DNA of 64,000 bases, taken from Gonapodya sp. JEL0774. Taxonomy: Eukaryota. Shown here in pieces: positions 1-10,900 of this stretch; within the stretch, counting starts at the first letter, position 1; each line of letters starts with the position of its first letter. The position numbers and the translations under genes are program-made. Under the pieces are notes generated by a model. The model saw nothing but the letters and a program-made list of their open reading frames with translations, was not told the origin of the DNA and made no database searches. Where the stretch lies: the NCBI GenBank assembly GCA_027604505.1, contig JADIIX010000003.1, positions 248,001-312,000 on the forward strand, in the 5' to 3' direction.

Positions 1-615
1 ACTGGATAGCTTGGAATCTGGGTGAGCCTCTTCGTAGTGTGCCCAAAGTTCATGAAGGGACTCGATTTGACGCCCACAGCAGAAAAAGTCACGGCAGTAG
101 TCCGATTCAACACGGTTGAGGTCTCGGAAGGATCCGGAGTGAATAGATCGATTCAGGGTACTGTGTGAAGGTGAACGAAGTGAGAACGAGTGTTGCGGTG
201 ATTAAAGTTCCCCCATAACGACGCCAACTCACTCGACAACCATCTGTGACGATATTGACGTGCGACGTGAGTTCGATTGTGTGAACGACATCGCTGCTGA
301 CATGCGATGCCTATGCAAAGAAGATTGAATCGGGAGAGCGGACACTGCATGGGTCACCACTCACCATGATATCCCGCTCATTGCGGAAAAGTTGGACCTC
401 ACAGACGATTTTCTTGAGAGCTGGGTCGATCCCATCTGGTCACGAACCGATCCGAGAGTGCCATGGGAATCAGGTTGGCGCGACATCGACCCGGAGTCTG
501 GATATCCTGACTTCATGTTGTGTAGGTTGGAGCCTGCCCCACCAACTGCAGACGACACACCGTACGGTCTATCACCATTTCGATCATGCCCAGTCTTGTT
601 GGTATTCGCCATCAA
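1..615 (-). CDS. SFP1: Sfp1-like transcription factor, 5' part (runs off the left edge; multi-exon)
   Basis: The exon at ~1-160 (minus) translates TLNRSIHSGSFRDLNRVESDYCRDFFCCGRQIESLHELWAHYEEAHP. This matches the fungal Sfp1 N-terminal motif (E..F/Y.RDFxCCG....LH.L..HYEE.H). The upstream exon 361-615 ends in a GTGAGT donor. Confidence 0.75.
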
Positions 616-893
616 TTTGGTCGAGTGGGGAGCCTAGAGAGGTCTCCTAATGTGTTCGCCTGTGCCGTTTGGTGATCCAGAAGTGACTCTCACTCCAATC
701 GTCCAGAACTTTCAGTGTATCTCTTCATGCAGCGAAAAGTAAAAGTATATGGTTTTATCGAAACTGGAGAGGTGTGATATAGTGTGGCGGGGGAAGACGA
801 CCTTTGAGGGTCCACACCCTTCAACTTCTAGGATAGCAGTTTTTGTGTCATGGAAACGAAGAGGTTCCAATATTGGCGTTTCCTGAAAGCAAG

Positions 894-2246
894 CTACTTT
901 GTACTATGTAAATTGTCATTCAGCCACTGATAAACAATTGAAAAGTCCTTGTTTGACGTTTCAGGACCCGATGAAAGCTGCGGGTGTATCGAAGAGATGT
1001 TGACTGCAAGGTGGCATTCTGAGATGATTTTAGACCGTCATTCACCTGAGTGTATATTTGCCATGCTAAGGAGCCAACCATGCAGGTGCTGTTGGTGGCT
1101 TTAGCTGCTTCGAGGGCCAGTCCCAGGTCTTTCTGCATAAGTTTCACCCCGAATCCTCCGTCATAACCCCGCGCCGAGGGCACATTCTCCATCACTCCTG
1201 GGACAGGGTTGTAGGTGTCGGATGACCAGCAGCTATGCGAAGGATTGATCGATGGGGTTAGTATACGTACTGTGATCCGTGATGGAGGGACCCACCGTCC
1301 ACTGCTCGAATTCACAATTTGCGCGAGTATAGCTGCATCCACTCCACCCCGGATGCCCAAGTTCATAGCTTCAGATACAGCAATCATGGACACCCCGAGG
1401 ATCATATTGTTGGCGATTTTGGCAGTTTGCCCGGAGCCAACCACACCACAGTTCCAGATCTTTCCTGCCATGGGTTTCAAAACAGGCTCCACTCTCTCCG
1501 AGAAGAAATCTTTGGGCGTTGAGGGTGCCCCAACCATGAAGGTGAGCGTGCCCTTTGTTGCTCCACCCGTACCTAACGCAATCAGAGTGATTATGCGGAT
1601 TCAAATACCGAAAAAATGAGCTGCCGCCGGATTAATGCGAAAATTACCGCCTGAGACTGGGGCATCGATTGCAAACGCCCCCTTTTCAGCCATCCACTTG
1701 CTCGCGTCCACGATAGTTGTTGCATCGATTGTACTCGAATCGATGAATAGCTGGTCTTGCTTGGCACCCTTAGCCATTTCACTGTAGAGAGACCTCACTT
1801 GAAGAGGACCAGGAAGCATCGTGATGATCACATCACAATTCGCAACGATATCTGCCGGGCTGGCGACATGCGCTTTGTAGGTGTCCACGAATCGTTTGGA
1901 TGTTTCGGGAAGAAAGTCATTGACAAATAGAGTGCCATTGTTTGCGTCTACGTGCTTTTGGAGGTTGACGGCCATTGGAAAGCCCATTTGACCGAGTCCG
2001 ATAAACCCAACATTCTACGGTTCAGTCAAAGCCGGCCAGATCGGAAATGGAGAATCCGAGAACGCCACGATTTAGTTTTGTAGAGCATCAGACGGCGGAG
2101 CAAAATGAATCCGAATCGTTTCCTTGACGGATTCATTCGTCAGGGAACATGATTCAACGTACTGCTCCTGAGCTCAACTGCCTGCTATACACCAGTCGCC
2201 GAGCAGCCGATAATGCGGATGCATGTCGGGAGATTTGTGCGAGCAT
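894..2246 (-). CDS. HIBADH: 3-hydroxyisobutyrate dehydrogenase, mitochondrial (spliced)
   Basis: Motifs [10 protein letters not shown] (Rossmann), [50 protein letters not shown]. Exon 1 [26 protein letters not shown] resembles a mitochondrial presequence. The last exon ends [18 protein letters not shown] at 894. Confidence 0.93.
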
Positions 2247-3552
2247 CACGGCAAATAGTCCAGTGAGTTGACGGTGCTCAAATGATCAGGGGACATCCCA
2301 GATAAAATTACATCGGTGCCTCGGCGCGTCATGACTGCCGACCCGAGATTTGTCCGTCCGCCACGAATTGTGGGTGCTACAGTTATCGTGTCTCGGTTTC
2401 AAATTTGTTTCAAACATGCATAGCATTGCGCAGCATGCAATACATAGACAGCACACATAATAAGAAACAGAAAGGCAACGAGTAAGACTGCGACAACCGG
2501 AAGAAAGCAGTGTCGTGGGTTGGAAGAGAATTTCTCGGAGAGGGTGATGTTTTGTGACACAACACCCAGGGCGTTGGAGCAAGTCAGAAGAACCTAGAAC
2601 TACGTATGAGAACGTAGAACTAGTACCACGACGACGAAAACACTTGTTTGCCCTTCTGGGCGTTCGATTTGTAGGCGCAAAATAAGTGTAGACAAAGAAC
2701 ACGTAATCACTTTCAACGAGCACGCTTTAGCTCGTGGCGACTCCCTCATAACGTTTCCTGAGTGAAAGAGATATGGTGTAGATGATTGTACTTCTCCCCT
2801 TCGTCCTTTTCGTCACGTTTTTCTTCACTTTCTTCGTCTGGTATTCCGTGTTCCCCAGTACAAAGCCTAGTCATTTATATGACATCACTGCTCTCAGTGT
2901 CCTTAAACCATATGGCTCTTCGCGTCTGCAACTAAAATGTTTCGCTCTCACTACTCCAATTTGAACGCGGAGCTAAATGTAAACTCAGATATGAAAATGA
3001 GATTTTTCGGGATGTCAAAACCAGGACCTCGCACTGTTCAGTCTGGGTTCGAATCCACGAACCCTCATTTCCGACCTTTTCCGTTTTGACCCCCGACAAG
3101 CAGGACTGACCGAATACTAAAGGCTAATGAAGGACAGGAAAGTGGCTGCCCAGCGAATCAGACCCATGACGGCCTTTTGTATGTCGAATCAAACACACGA
3201 TAGACTTACACATTAAAACAACAATATCAAACAATATGCCACATGTGCAAGAACACGTTAGTTTTGGTGCCGTTTTGATTGCGACCATTGCAGTCAAATG
3301 CAAGACAATATCCAAAAACCACTCGAGAAAACTCCGACAAAAGACTGGTGAGAAGAGGTCGGAATTACATCTTCCCAGGTCCCGACATAGACATTGTGAG
3401 CCGTGAGGGTGGGAAGAGTGTGACATGCGGATGAAGGAAGACAGTTTTCTTTCGCACAGACGCCCCTCTTAAGCCGATCTCCGTCATCAAAAGACGGCGT
3501 AAATTTGTGGCTAAGTTTGGATCACATTAATAGAAATGAACATGTTCCATTG

Positions 3553-5413
3553 TCATTCCGCCCTAACACCACACAAAAAGGAGACCAAACTCGTTTTCCA
3601 CACCGCTGCCTCTTCCCTAGCGTGCTGCTCTCCCAGCTTGCTCTGCCTTTCTGATAGTAAGCCAGCGGAAGAGTCTTTCACATCATTATGTGTGATGGAA
3701 TAGAAGTCGAGGAGGGAGAGAATTCTGTGGAGACGAACGCAAACAGGATCAATTCACCGGCTCATTGGCATAACCCAGCGTCAAAGCCCTGCCCCTTTCT
3801 TGTTGCCCACCTCTTGCGTTCTTCCTCCCCTGCAGCCGCTGCAACCTCGACGTCTTCCCAATGCTTGGGGAACCAAAGCCCATGGTCGGTCGGGTATTGC
3901 CCCTTGTTGTTCATAAGCTCGACCAATGGTAGTTTCTCCCTCCTCCCGTGTGGAATCGTCTTGCCAGCGTCGTTCGTTGCAGAAATCGCACTTAAGCTCG
4001 TCCCACCTTCCCCCTCTGGACCGTTCGGCGTATTGCCGTGTAAAGTTATAGCAGACGAGCTCATAGAGTTCGAAGGCGAGAAAGTGGTCATGCCTGGTCG
4101 CACGTTAAGTGATGTCGCGAGTGAGAATGAGTTTCGGTGATGAATAGCCTCCGCGGGGACAGTCGGGGGATGTCCAAGAGGGGGCGACGCGAGGCAGTTC
4201 AGGTATCGGGCGTGGCGATTCTCCATAGAGACAAGCAAAGAAATTATGGAGTCAAATCTACTGAGAATTTCGTCCGAGGTGGTTTTGGATTGACTGGTTG
4301 GTGGGACAACTGCTGACTCGGAGGCGCTCCTTGGGGGATCGGGGATGCCGCGGAACGCGGTCGGAGAAGCAGGATTTGATGACGAGACCGTGTTCGTCGC
4401 TACAAAATATTGCCGTGGGAATGCAGGCAAGAAATCTCATGAGGCAAAAATGATCTAGAACGTACCGCCCAGCAAGAGTAGTCCAATATGCTTCGCGAGG
4501 TCCGAAGTTTCTCCACCGCCTCCCCACAGTCCGTTAGGACCAGGAAGTACATGGTGAGAGTGAGATCCTATGGAAGGATACTGGTACCCATTGGTTACGT
4601 GGGACTGATTCATTTGAGGAAACACATGTGGATAAGGATACGAAGATGGGTAGCCGTACGGGTTCGGTGTTGCGAAGGGAATTGGTGGCTGTCCTGTTTG
4701 TGGGTGTGTGTGCGACAGATGATGCTGAGGAAGCGAGGAAGCGAACGATGCGGACGGATTCGATGTTGAGGGCGCAGGCGCAAGTCCAGGTGTGGGCGCG
4801 AATGCCAGCTCAAGGGATGGTGAAAGTGCAACTGCTGGTGGTTGTAGTTGCGGTGATTGATGTGGAACCGCGGCAGGAGGTGCTTTCAATTCCTTATCCT
4901 GATTCACGGAAGAATCAGCATCCATTGATGGTGAGAGAGGGCTGCTGTCGACATTTGTGGTCGATCCAGGGTTTGGAGCTAGAATCGTGATGTTCGAATC
5001 CGCAATCTGAAGCGGAGTTTCTGCTTGCAACGGTAACTGTCTGCCGAGTGCCCCGGTTTCATCCGACACAGAGGAAGATGCACCATCCACAACTCTGCTT
5101 TCTTCATTGACGGTGTTAATCGTGTCAACTGCGACGGATTGATCTTGGATTACGGGGGGAGATGCGTGATCCGACGCCACCGCAGGTTCCACGATTTCGG
5201 GCTACGCCAGTGAAGCAACCACGATATATGAATTAGCGAAGCAGACCGATACGGGAGCATGTCGTGATTCGTGATAGTTCGTGAAATGATCGATATTGAT
5301 GACCGAGGTTGGGAGAGGTCGAACGACATTGAGGAATCAGCCGAGATTGATGAGGTCAATCTGAAGATCGTCATACTCACGTTTGAAAGCGCGTTGCAAT
5401 CGATCGAATCCAT
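3553..5413 (-). CDS. Pro/Ser-rich hypothetical protein with a Mug135-like C-terminal domain (spliced)
   Basis: ORFs 4455-5192 and 3762-4430 are joined by short introns. The C-terminal pattern ARYLN...LPLVELMNNKGQYP...WFP...ILSLLDFY...LVSFLCGV* resembles Mug135-type domains. The start at 5413 (MDSIDCNALSN|GTGAGT) is inferred. Confidence 0.5.
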
Positions 5414-5807
5414 TTGAAACAACGTGATTTTGGGATAACAGTTGTTGCAAGTGTGACCCACAAGTTCATCATGACACATTATTGTGTGGCTTGCGGCAGT
5501 GCTGCACCTCAAGGTGAGCATGCGCTGTGTGTCAGAAGCTCTCCGAATTTTTATTATGTAAACCACTTCATAGGTAACGTCTGACATGCTGCTAGGAATG
5601 TGCGGTTGTCTCGGGCCGGGTGTCATCAGCAGATGAGACAGCAATCTATGCACATGCATGTTCGACCCTTCGATAAACCATATTGCATCTTTCTTTTAGT
5701 AATAGAGATGTTATCGATTTCGCAAATAGGGATCACCAGTTGTCGTTTGTCGGGGGAGGAAAGATGAGCTTAGAACGTGGGGGGGGTTGTTAGAGCACGC
5801 GATCGAT

Positions 5808-5853
5808 GTAAAGAGCGAGAATAGAGAGCCGAGAGAGAGCCAGAGAGAGAGAA
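5808..5853 (+). repeat. Imperfect (GA)n purine tract in the divergent promoter region
   Basis: Seen directly: agagcgagaatagagagccgagagagagccagagagagaga. Confidence 0.6.
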
Positions 5854-6416
5854 GATCCGTCGGTGAGGTAGAGCGGAGCCGAGGGATGCTGATCTCGGGA
5901 ACATAAGGACAAGGGAGGAGGAACGAGATATCCAGGCGGTGTAACAAGAGAAACTCTGTATATTCGTATGTAAATTAACTCCTTCTTACGCTACTGGGAA
6001 TTCGTCGTTTATAAGCTAAAGTCTAAGTGGCTGCAGGTCGCCCCGCATGGTCACATGCCGCTGAGACCATATTCAAAAGTGCAAACAAAGAGACCAAGCA
6101 CAACACTAAACTAACCTAAAGAAAGTCCAACGCCACGTGCGGCTGGTATCCAAGATTCGGATCCATTCCGAGCTGACACATTTCATACAGTACTAAGTTG
6201 CGGGTCATCCCGTGCGTTGTACATACCAAAGTTACATACACTCCACCTCTCTCGATTGATTCTGTTTTGAAACGTGTCACCTGACAACTCATGACTGAAA
6301 TTCTAGAGCGGTGATTTTTGGTAAGCTGGAGTCTTCTTTGCACCGGATGTGATTGGACGTTGAGGCTCTCTTTTGCAGTAGCAGTGGTTGGAACACTGCT
6401 GCAGCAAATCGATATC

Positions 6417-7706
6417 ATGAACACTTTGCCCAATGAGGTGCTCTGCACAGTCTTCGATTTTCTCTCCCCTAAAGATCTCCTGGGTCAAGTTCCACTTCTC
6501 TCCCGACAATGGGCTCGCAGTGCTAAGTACATCTTGTCCAGAGATGGGAGCCATCTCTTCGAGGCATCTGTCTCGGTAATGTCCACTCCCACACCAACCA
6601 AATCCTCTGGCGTTTCGGTGACTGAAGTGAGACTCTCCCGGCGTTCTCTGTCGTGTGGACATCGGGTTTTGGGGAGGCTATTCATCTCAATCCCATCAAA
6701 CTTTCTGGACTCTCGCGACACGGAGGCAATCGTGAAAATTCTTGGCCAAGAGTTCTTTGAACGGGATATCTTAATCGAATTTCGGGTAGACACTGTCACG
6801 TTCATGCACAATCGGCCCTCACAATCGGCTCTCAACGTTATCAAAGTTCTCCAACCTGCTCGCGTCCGCGCCTCAGATGACTTCTTTGTCACATGGCTGA
6901 GAGATGGACTCCCACCCGTTGCCAGTGTTTTCAATCTAACCCTCGAGATGCGGGATCCCAAATCTCGTCCTTATGCTTTAAACGCTGCTTTGGCCGCATT
7001 CCCGGACGTCATTCATGTCCACGCTGCAGGAAGAGACGCCGACCCCGCCACACTAATCGCCTACGTCGAGCCCGACCGCGCCTGTCTGGTGAAAGGGTTT
7101 CTTGCCCACCCAGAGCCTCGACACAACTCCCTGTGGCACCATTTCCGCACGTTCAGAGGACTGCGAAGCGTTGTGGACGTAGGATTTGTTGACTTGATGA
7201 ACGATCCCTGGTGGTGGGAAGAGTCATGGCAAGGAATGCGGGGGCCACAACCGAAACCTGAAGGTGGACAGTTGCCTCAAGTCACCACACTCCGAGTACG
7301 CTTGACTCCACCTGAATCAAGCAGACGTAGAATACCGCAATGGTGGTCGTGGGAAAGACGTGAGAGGAACGCGGTATCAGCTGGCGTGAGGAAGCGAAAA
7401 CGGGAAGACCATGAACCAGCCGAACTCAAGATACCCCTGTTTGGTGAACAAGTGGCCAGATTATTCCCAGCACTCGAAATCATCCGATTCACAATAACAC
7501 ATCCTGAGCTTGTGGCGTGGATAAATGTTGATGAGTTGGAAGGCTGGGTGGAGTTGATCAGAAGCTCCTCAGCGTGCACGTTCGTCTTTGAGCCAACAGA
7601 CACAGTTGACAGTACAATGTGGAACTCTGAGTTCTCACCACTTCGCAGGCGCGTTGCGGAATTACGCAAAGAGGTAGTTTTGACTAAAGACTCCACACTT
7701 TTGTGA
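6417..7706 (+). CDS. F-box domain protein (single exon)
   Basis: The N-terminal MNTLPNEVLCTVFDFLSPKDLLGQVPLLSRQW is an F-box consensus. The ORF is uninterrupted and contains a basic RKRKRE (NLS-like) motif. Confidence 0.8.
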   Translation: MNTLPNEVLCTVFDFLSPKDLLGQVPLLSRQWARSAKYILSRDGSHLFEASVSVMSTPTPTKSSGVSVTEVRLSRRSLSCGHRVLGRLFISIPSNFLDSRDTEAIVKILGQEFFERDILIEFRVDTVTFMHNRPSQSALNVIKVLQPARVRASDDFFVTWLRDGLPPVASVFNLTLEMRDPKSRPYALNAALAAFPDVIHVHAAGRDADPATLIAYVEPDRACLVKGFLAHPEPRHNSLWHHFRTFRGLRSVVDVGFVDLMNDPWWWEESWQGMRGPQPKPEGGQLPQVTTLRVRLTPPESSRRRIPQWWSWERRERNAVSAGVRKRKREDHEPAELKIPLFGEQVARLFPALEIIRFTITHPELVAWINVDELEGWVELIRSSSACTFVFEPTDTVDSTMWNSEFSPLRRRVAELRKEVVLTKDSTLL

Positions 7707-7918
7707 TTGCTATATGTATAATACAGATCGACAGGTATGGCAAACTTTCAAACAGAACACGAGCAAAACAACCCGAAATAGAGCCAGCTAGAGTTCTAGC
7801 TGCTATCAAAGCAAAAAAAGAAAGTGTGATAGATATTGGAATCTCTTCGAAACATCCCTTTCAAAACGTCTCCTCCCCTCGTCCCCGACAAAGTAACTGA
7901 AGCAACCGTCCGTAATCA

Positions 7919-10900
7919 TTATGCAGACTTGGATTTCAAACGGAGATTGCGCATGTTCGCATTTGTAACGACTTTGGAAGGGAAGAACTCGGCTCGAACT
8001 TTCTCCAAACTTTCATGAGCAATTTCCCACGGACACGCAGCGTCCTTCCTGCATAGGCAGTAAAGCACTGCCGCCTTGATCTTCATCAAGCGGTCTTTGC
8101 CGTTACCCTGAAATACGATTGAGCGGAGTTGCTGTTGTGGTGGATCCGACTCGAACCAGCGACGGAAAAATTCCACCCTCCGATCCCAGTCATGGTATTT
8201 CGGAGCCACTGAGAGCGCCACTTCGTAGGAACTCGGTGGAAATTTCCCAAAAGGCAGTTGAGATTGTTCCGCGCCTTCCGGTCGATTTTCACACCACACC
8301 CTCAAGAGGACTCTCATTCGTTGCTGAATGAGTTTGAAATCCGTTCCGAAATCAGAGTTCTCGGATGAAAGTGGTGTTTCGCGACTTATGTACTTCTCGA
8401 TGACATTACTACCAGAAAATACGGGTTAAACCCTAAAAAAAAACAAAAAAAAACCTACACGACCCGCGCTCACTCAATATTGGTCTCGGGTGCACTTGGC
8501 ATTCCCTCTTCCCATCGATCATTATCCTGAGTAACCAGCTCGGTCAGAAAGCGAGTATAACGGCTTTCCCAACGACGATTTTTTTTATGTTGCGCTCGAA
8601 TCTTGTCGAAGTCCGGCTTGTACCTGCGGTTAAAAGAATCAGGGAAGGACATGTTTCATCAAACCCTGATTTTTGACCCACCAAATCGGAGCTGATTTGT
8701 TTTGCCAGTAATCTTTGTGCAACTCATAGACTTCTGGCTTTAACAGTAGACCCTGTTTTCTCGCATCCGTAATCCTATGAGGGGGAGGGTGGCATTCAAA
8801 CATCCGCAACTGATTACCAGAACGAATGGCCAAACAAACTTCTCTTGCATCTGCGCAAATACAACGGTGAACGGCGCTCTGATACCCCGCCGCTCGAGAG
8901 CCATAGAGCGAAATCGATCGTAGATCCCAAGAGGAGAGCTCTGTGAATCAACCCAAAACTGATGATTTCGTCTCAAGAGTTCATCGTAGCCTGCATCACT
9001 TTGTGGATTCCGAATAATGGAAGAGACTTTCTCAGTCACTGTGATGAATGCATCTGTAACCTCTTTGTGTTCTTTGTCAATGTCCCTCTGTCCTTTCGTG
9101 AACTCAGAAACCACCTTCCGATCAAAAATGACCAAAACTCGATCACCATCGTAGTCTCCACCTCCAAGCCTTTCACTTTCCCGTACACTGTGATCAAATC
9201 GATAGAATTCAGTCAACGCCAAGTTTGCCCGAAGGTTTTGGCGAAAACCGACCTTCCATGCACAGACATGATTACGACGTCACTGTACCCTCGTAGCTCA
9301 GGATAGGTATCGGCGTCAACAATTCGAAGTTTCTGACAATCATTGAGACGATAGGCCGGATTCTTCAGGACTAATACCTCCATGTCTTTGAACTCGTTAT
9401 GAAATCCCTCGCGCTAAAAAGCGAAGATAAGAACGATGAATCAATCATCTGCACAATAGCGACAAGAATTCACCTGAAAGAAGATGCAGCCCTCTGGAAG
9501 TTTCTCTGATGGGTCAGGAACCATAACCACAGTTACCGAGTCCGGAATTGGGATACGTGCTTTCTCCCGCAAGGTTTGGAGGTCATCCAGGGCAAAGTCC
9601 TTCAATTTCTTCCCAACATAGGGTTCTGTTCGATTAAAACCAGCCAATAGAATTGATTTCACTTTGACGTGCTTCGATTCGACTGCGTTGGTTGACTCAT
9701 CAGGTTCAGCGTCCAAGAATTGATACGAAGTTTTGCGATCCAAGGCGTCTATAGCAGGAGTGAGATTGGATGGGTCCTCGGGCAGCCATGTATTGATTAT
9801 CTGGGATTCTGCTTCATGCTGAAGAGCAGGCTGTAAGTGGTCTGTGGACAGCCTGTATATACGTGTACATACGCTTACCTGCAATTTCCGGAATATGTGT
9901 ATTGACACCCCCCCGGCTTCCAATATGTTAATAAGCTGTTGATTGAGCTGACCTGTGCTCGCTACAGCGAACTACACATGAAATCAAAGACGCATGAGTC
10001 CCTGGACACCGTTTTGATAGGAAGCATGATGGTCGACATCACCTGAACCACATCCAAATACAAGGGTCCCCGAAGATGACTTTCTGTCTCCATGTACTTC
10101 ACCATACTCTTCCGCAATACAATATCCGGCTGAGGAAGAAGGACAATTAGATTATGAACCCCACATGATACAGAACAAAAAGCAAATGCGATGTACCATT
10201 CTTCCACCAAGGCGATCTGTATACTCCCTTGCGAATCTGTCCAAGGAACGACATCTATCAACCAAAAGCATTCCCTTTGCACCCAAAAGTCTCATTTGTA
10301 GTGCCGACAAAGATTTCTTAAGTTTCAGTGATGTGCAGATATGCTGCATGAGTCTCATTGAGATCAGTCCCGCGCCGTCGGTCATATCAACTGCCGGAAG
10401 CCCTGGGGGATGAACATCTTCTGCTTCCCAAAGGATTACTGTGTCTTCCGGCAAGCGCACTCGAGCAGCACGGGTGAGCCAGAGGTCGAAACGGGCGGTG
10501 AATTTGGAAACCGTTTGGGACAGGTTGGACGGCAGTGGCGGAATGAGCAGACGGCATACGTCGGGGAGAGAGAGGAGCGGTGGGAGGGCTCGGGAATGAG
10601 CGGGATGTTTATTTAGAATGAAGAGACCATTCTTGATGTAGAGTAAGACAGTGTTAGGTGCGCTTTGTTCACTCATCAGATCCTCTCATACAACATCCAC
10701 TCACGTCATCTCGCTTTGTCGTCTTAAAATGGACAAATCCGTACTCTCCATCCCCAAGCCGGATACTCAATAGTTGTGCCTTCACCTTTGAGACTAGACT
10801 GGGCAAATTAATGGCCACGTTCTCTATTGAGCCTGAAGCTTTCGACGATTTCCACTTGTCTCTCTCGTGAGCGGGATCTGCAACTCTGACCTGAAAAATA

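Noticed and set aside
2999..3067. Possible tRNA gene around GGTTCGAATCC
   Set aside because: The T-stem and acceptor stem each have two mismatches, and there is no D-loop GG or A-box.
8430..8456. aaaccctaaaaaa: telomere-like unit with poly-A
   Set aside because: It is a single unit within the T-rich part of an RdRP intron.
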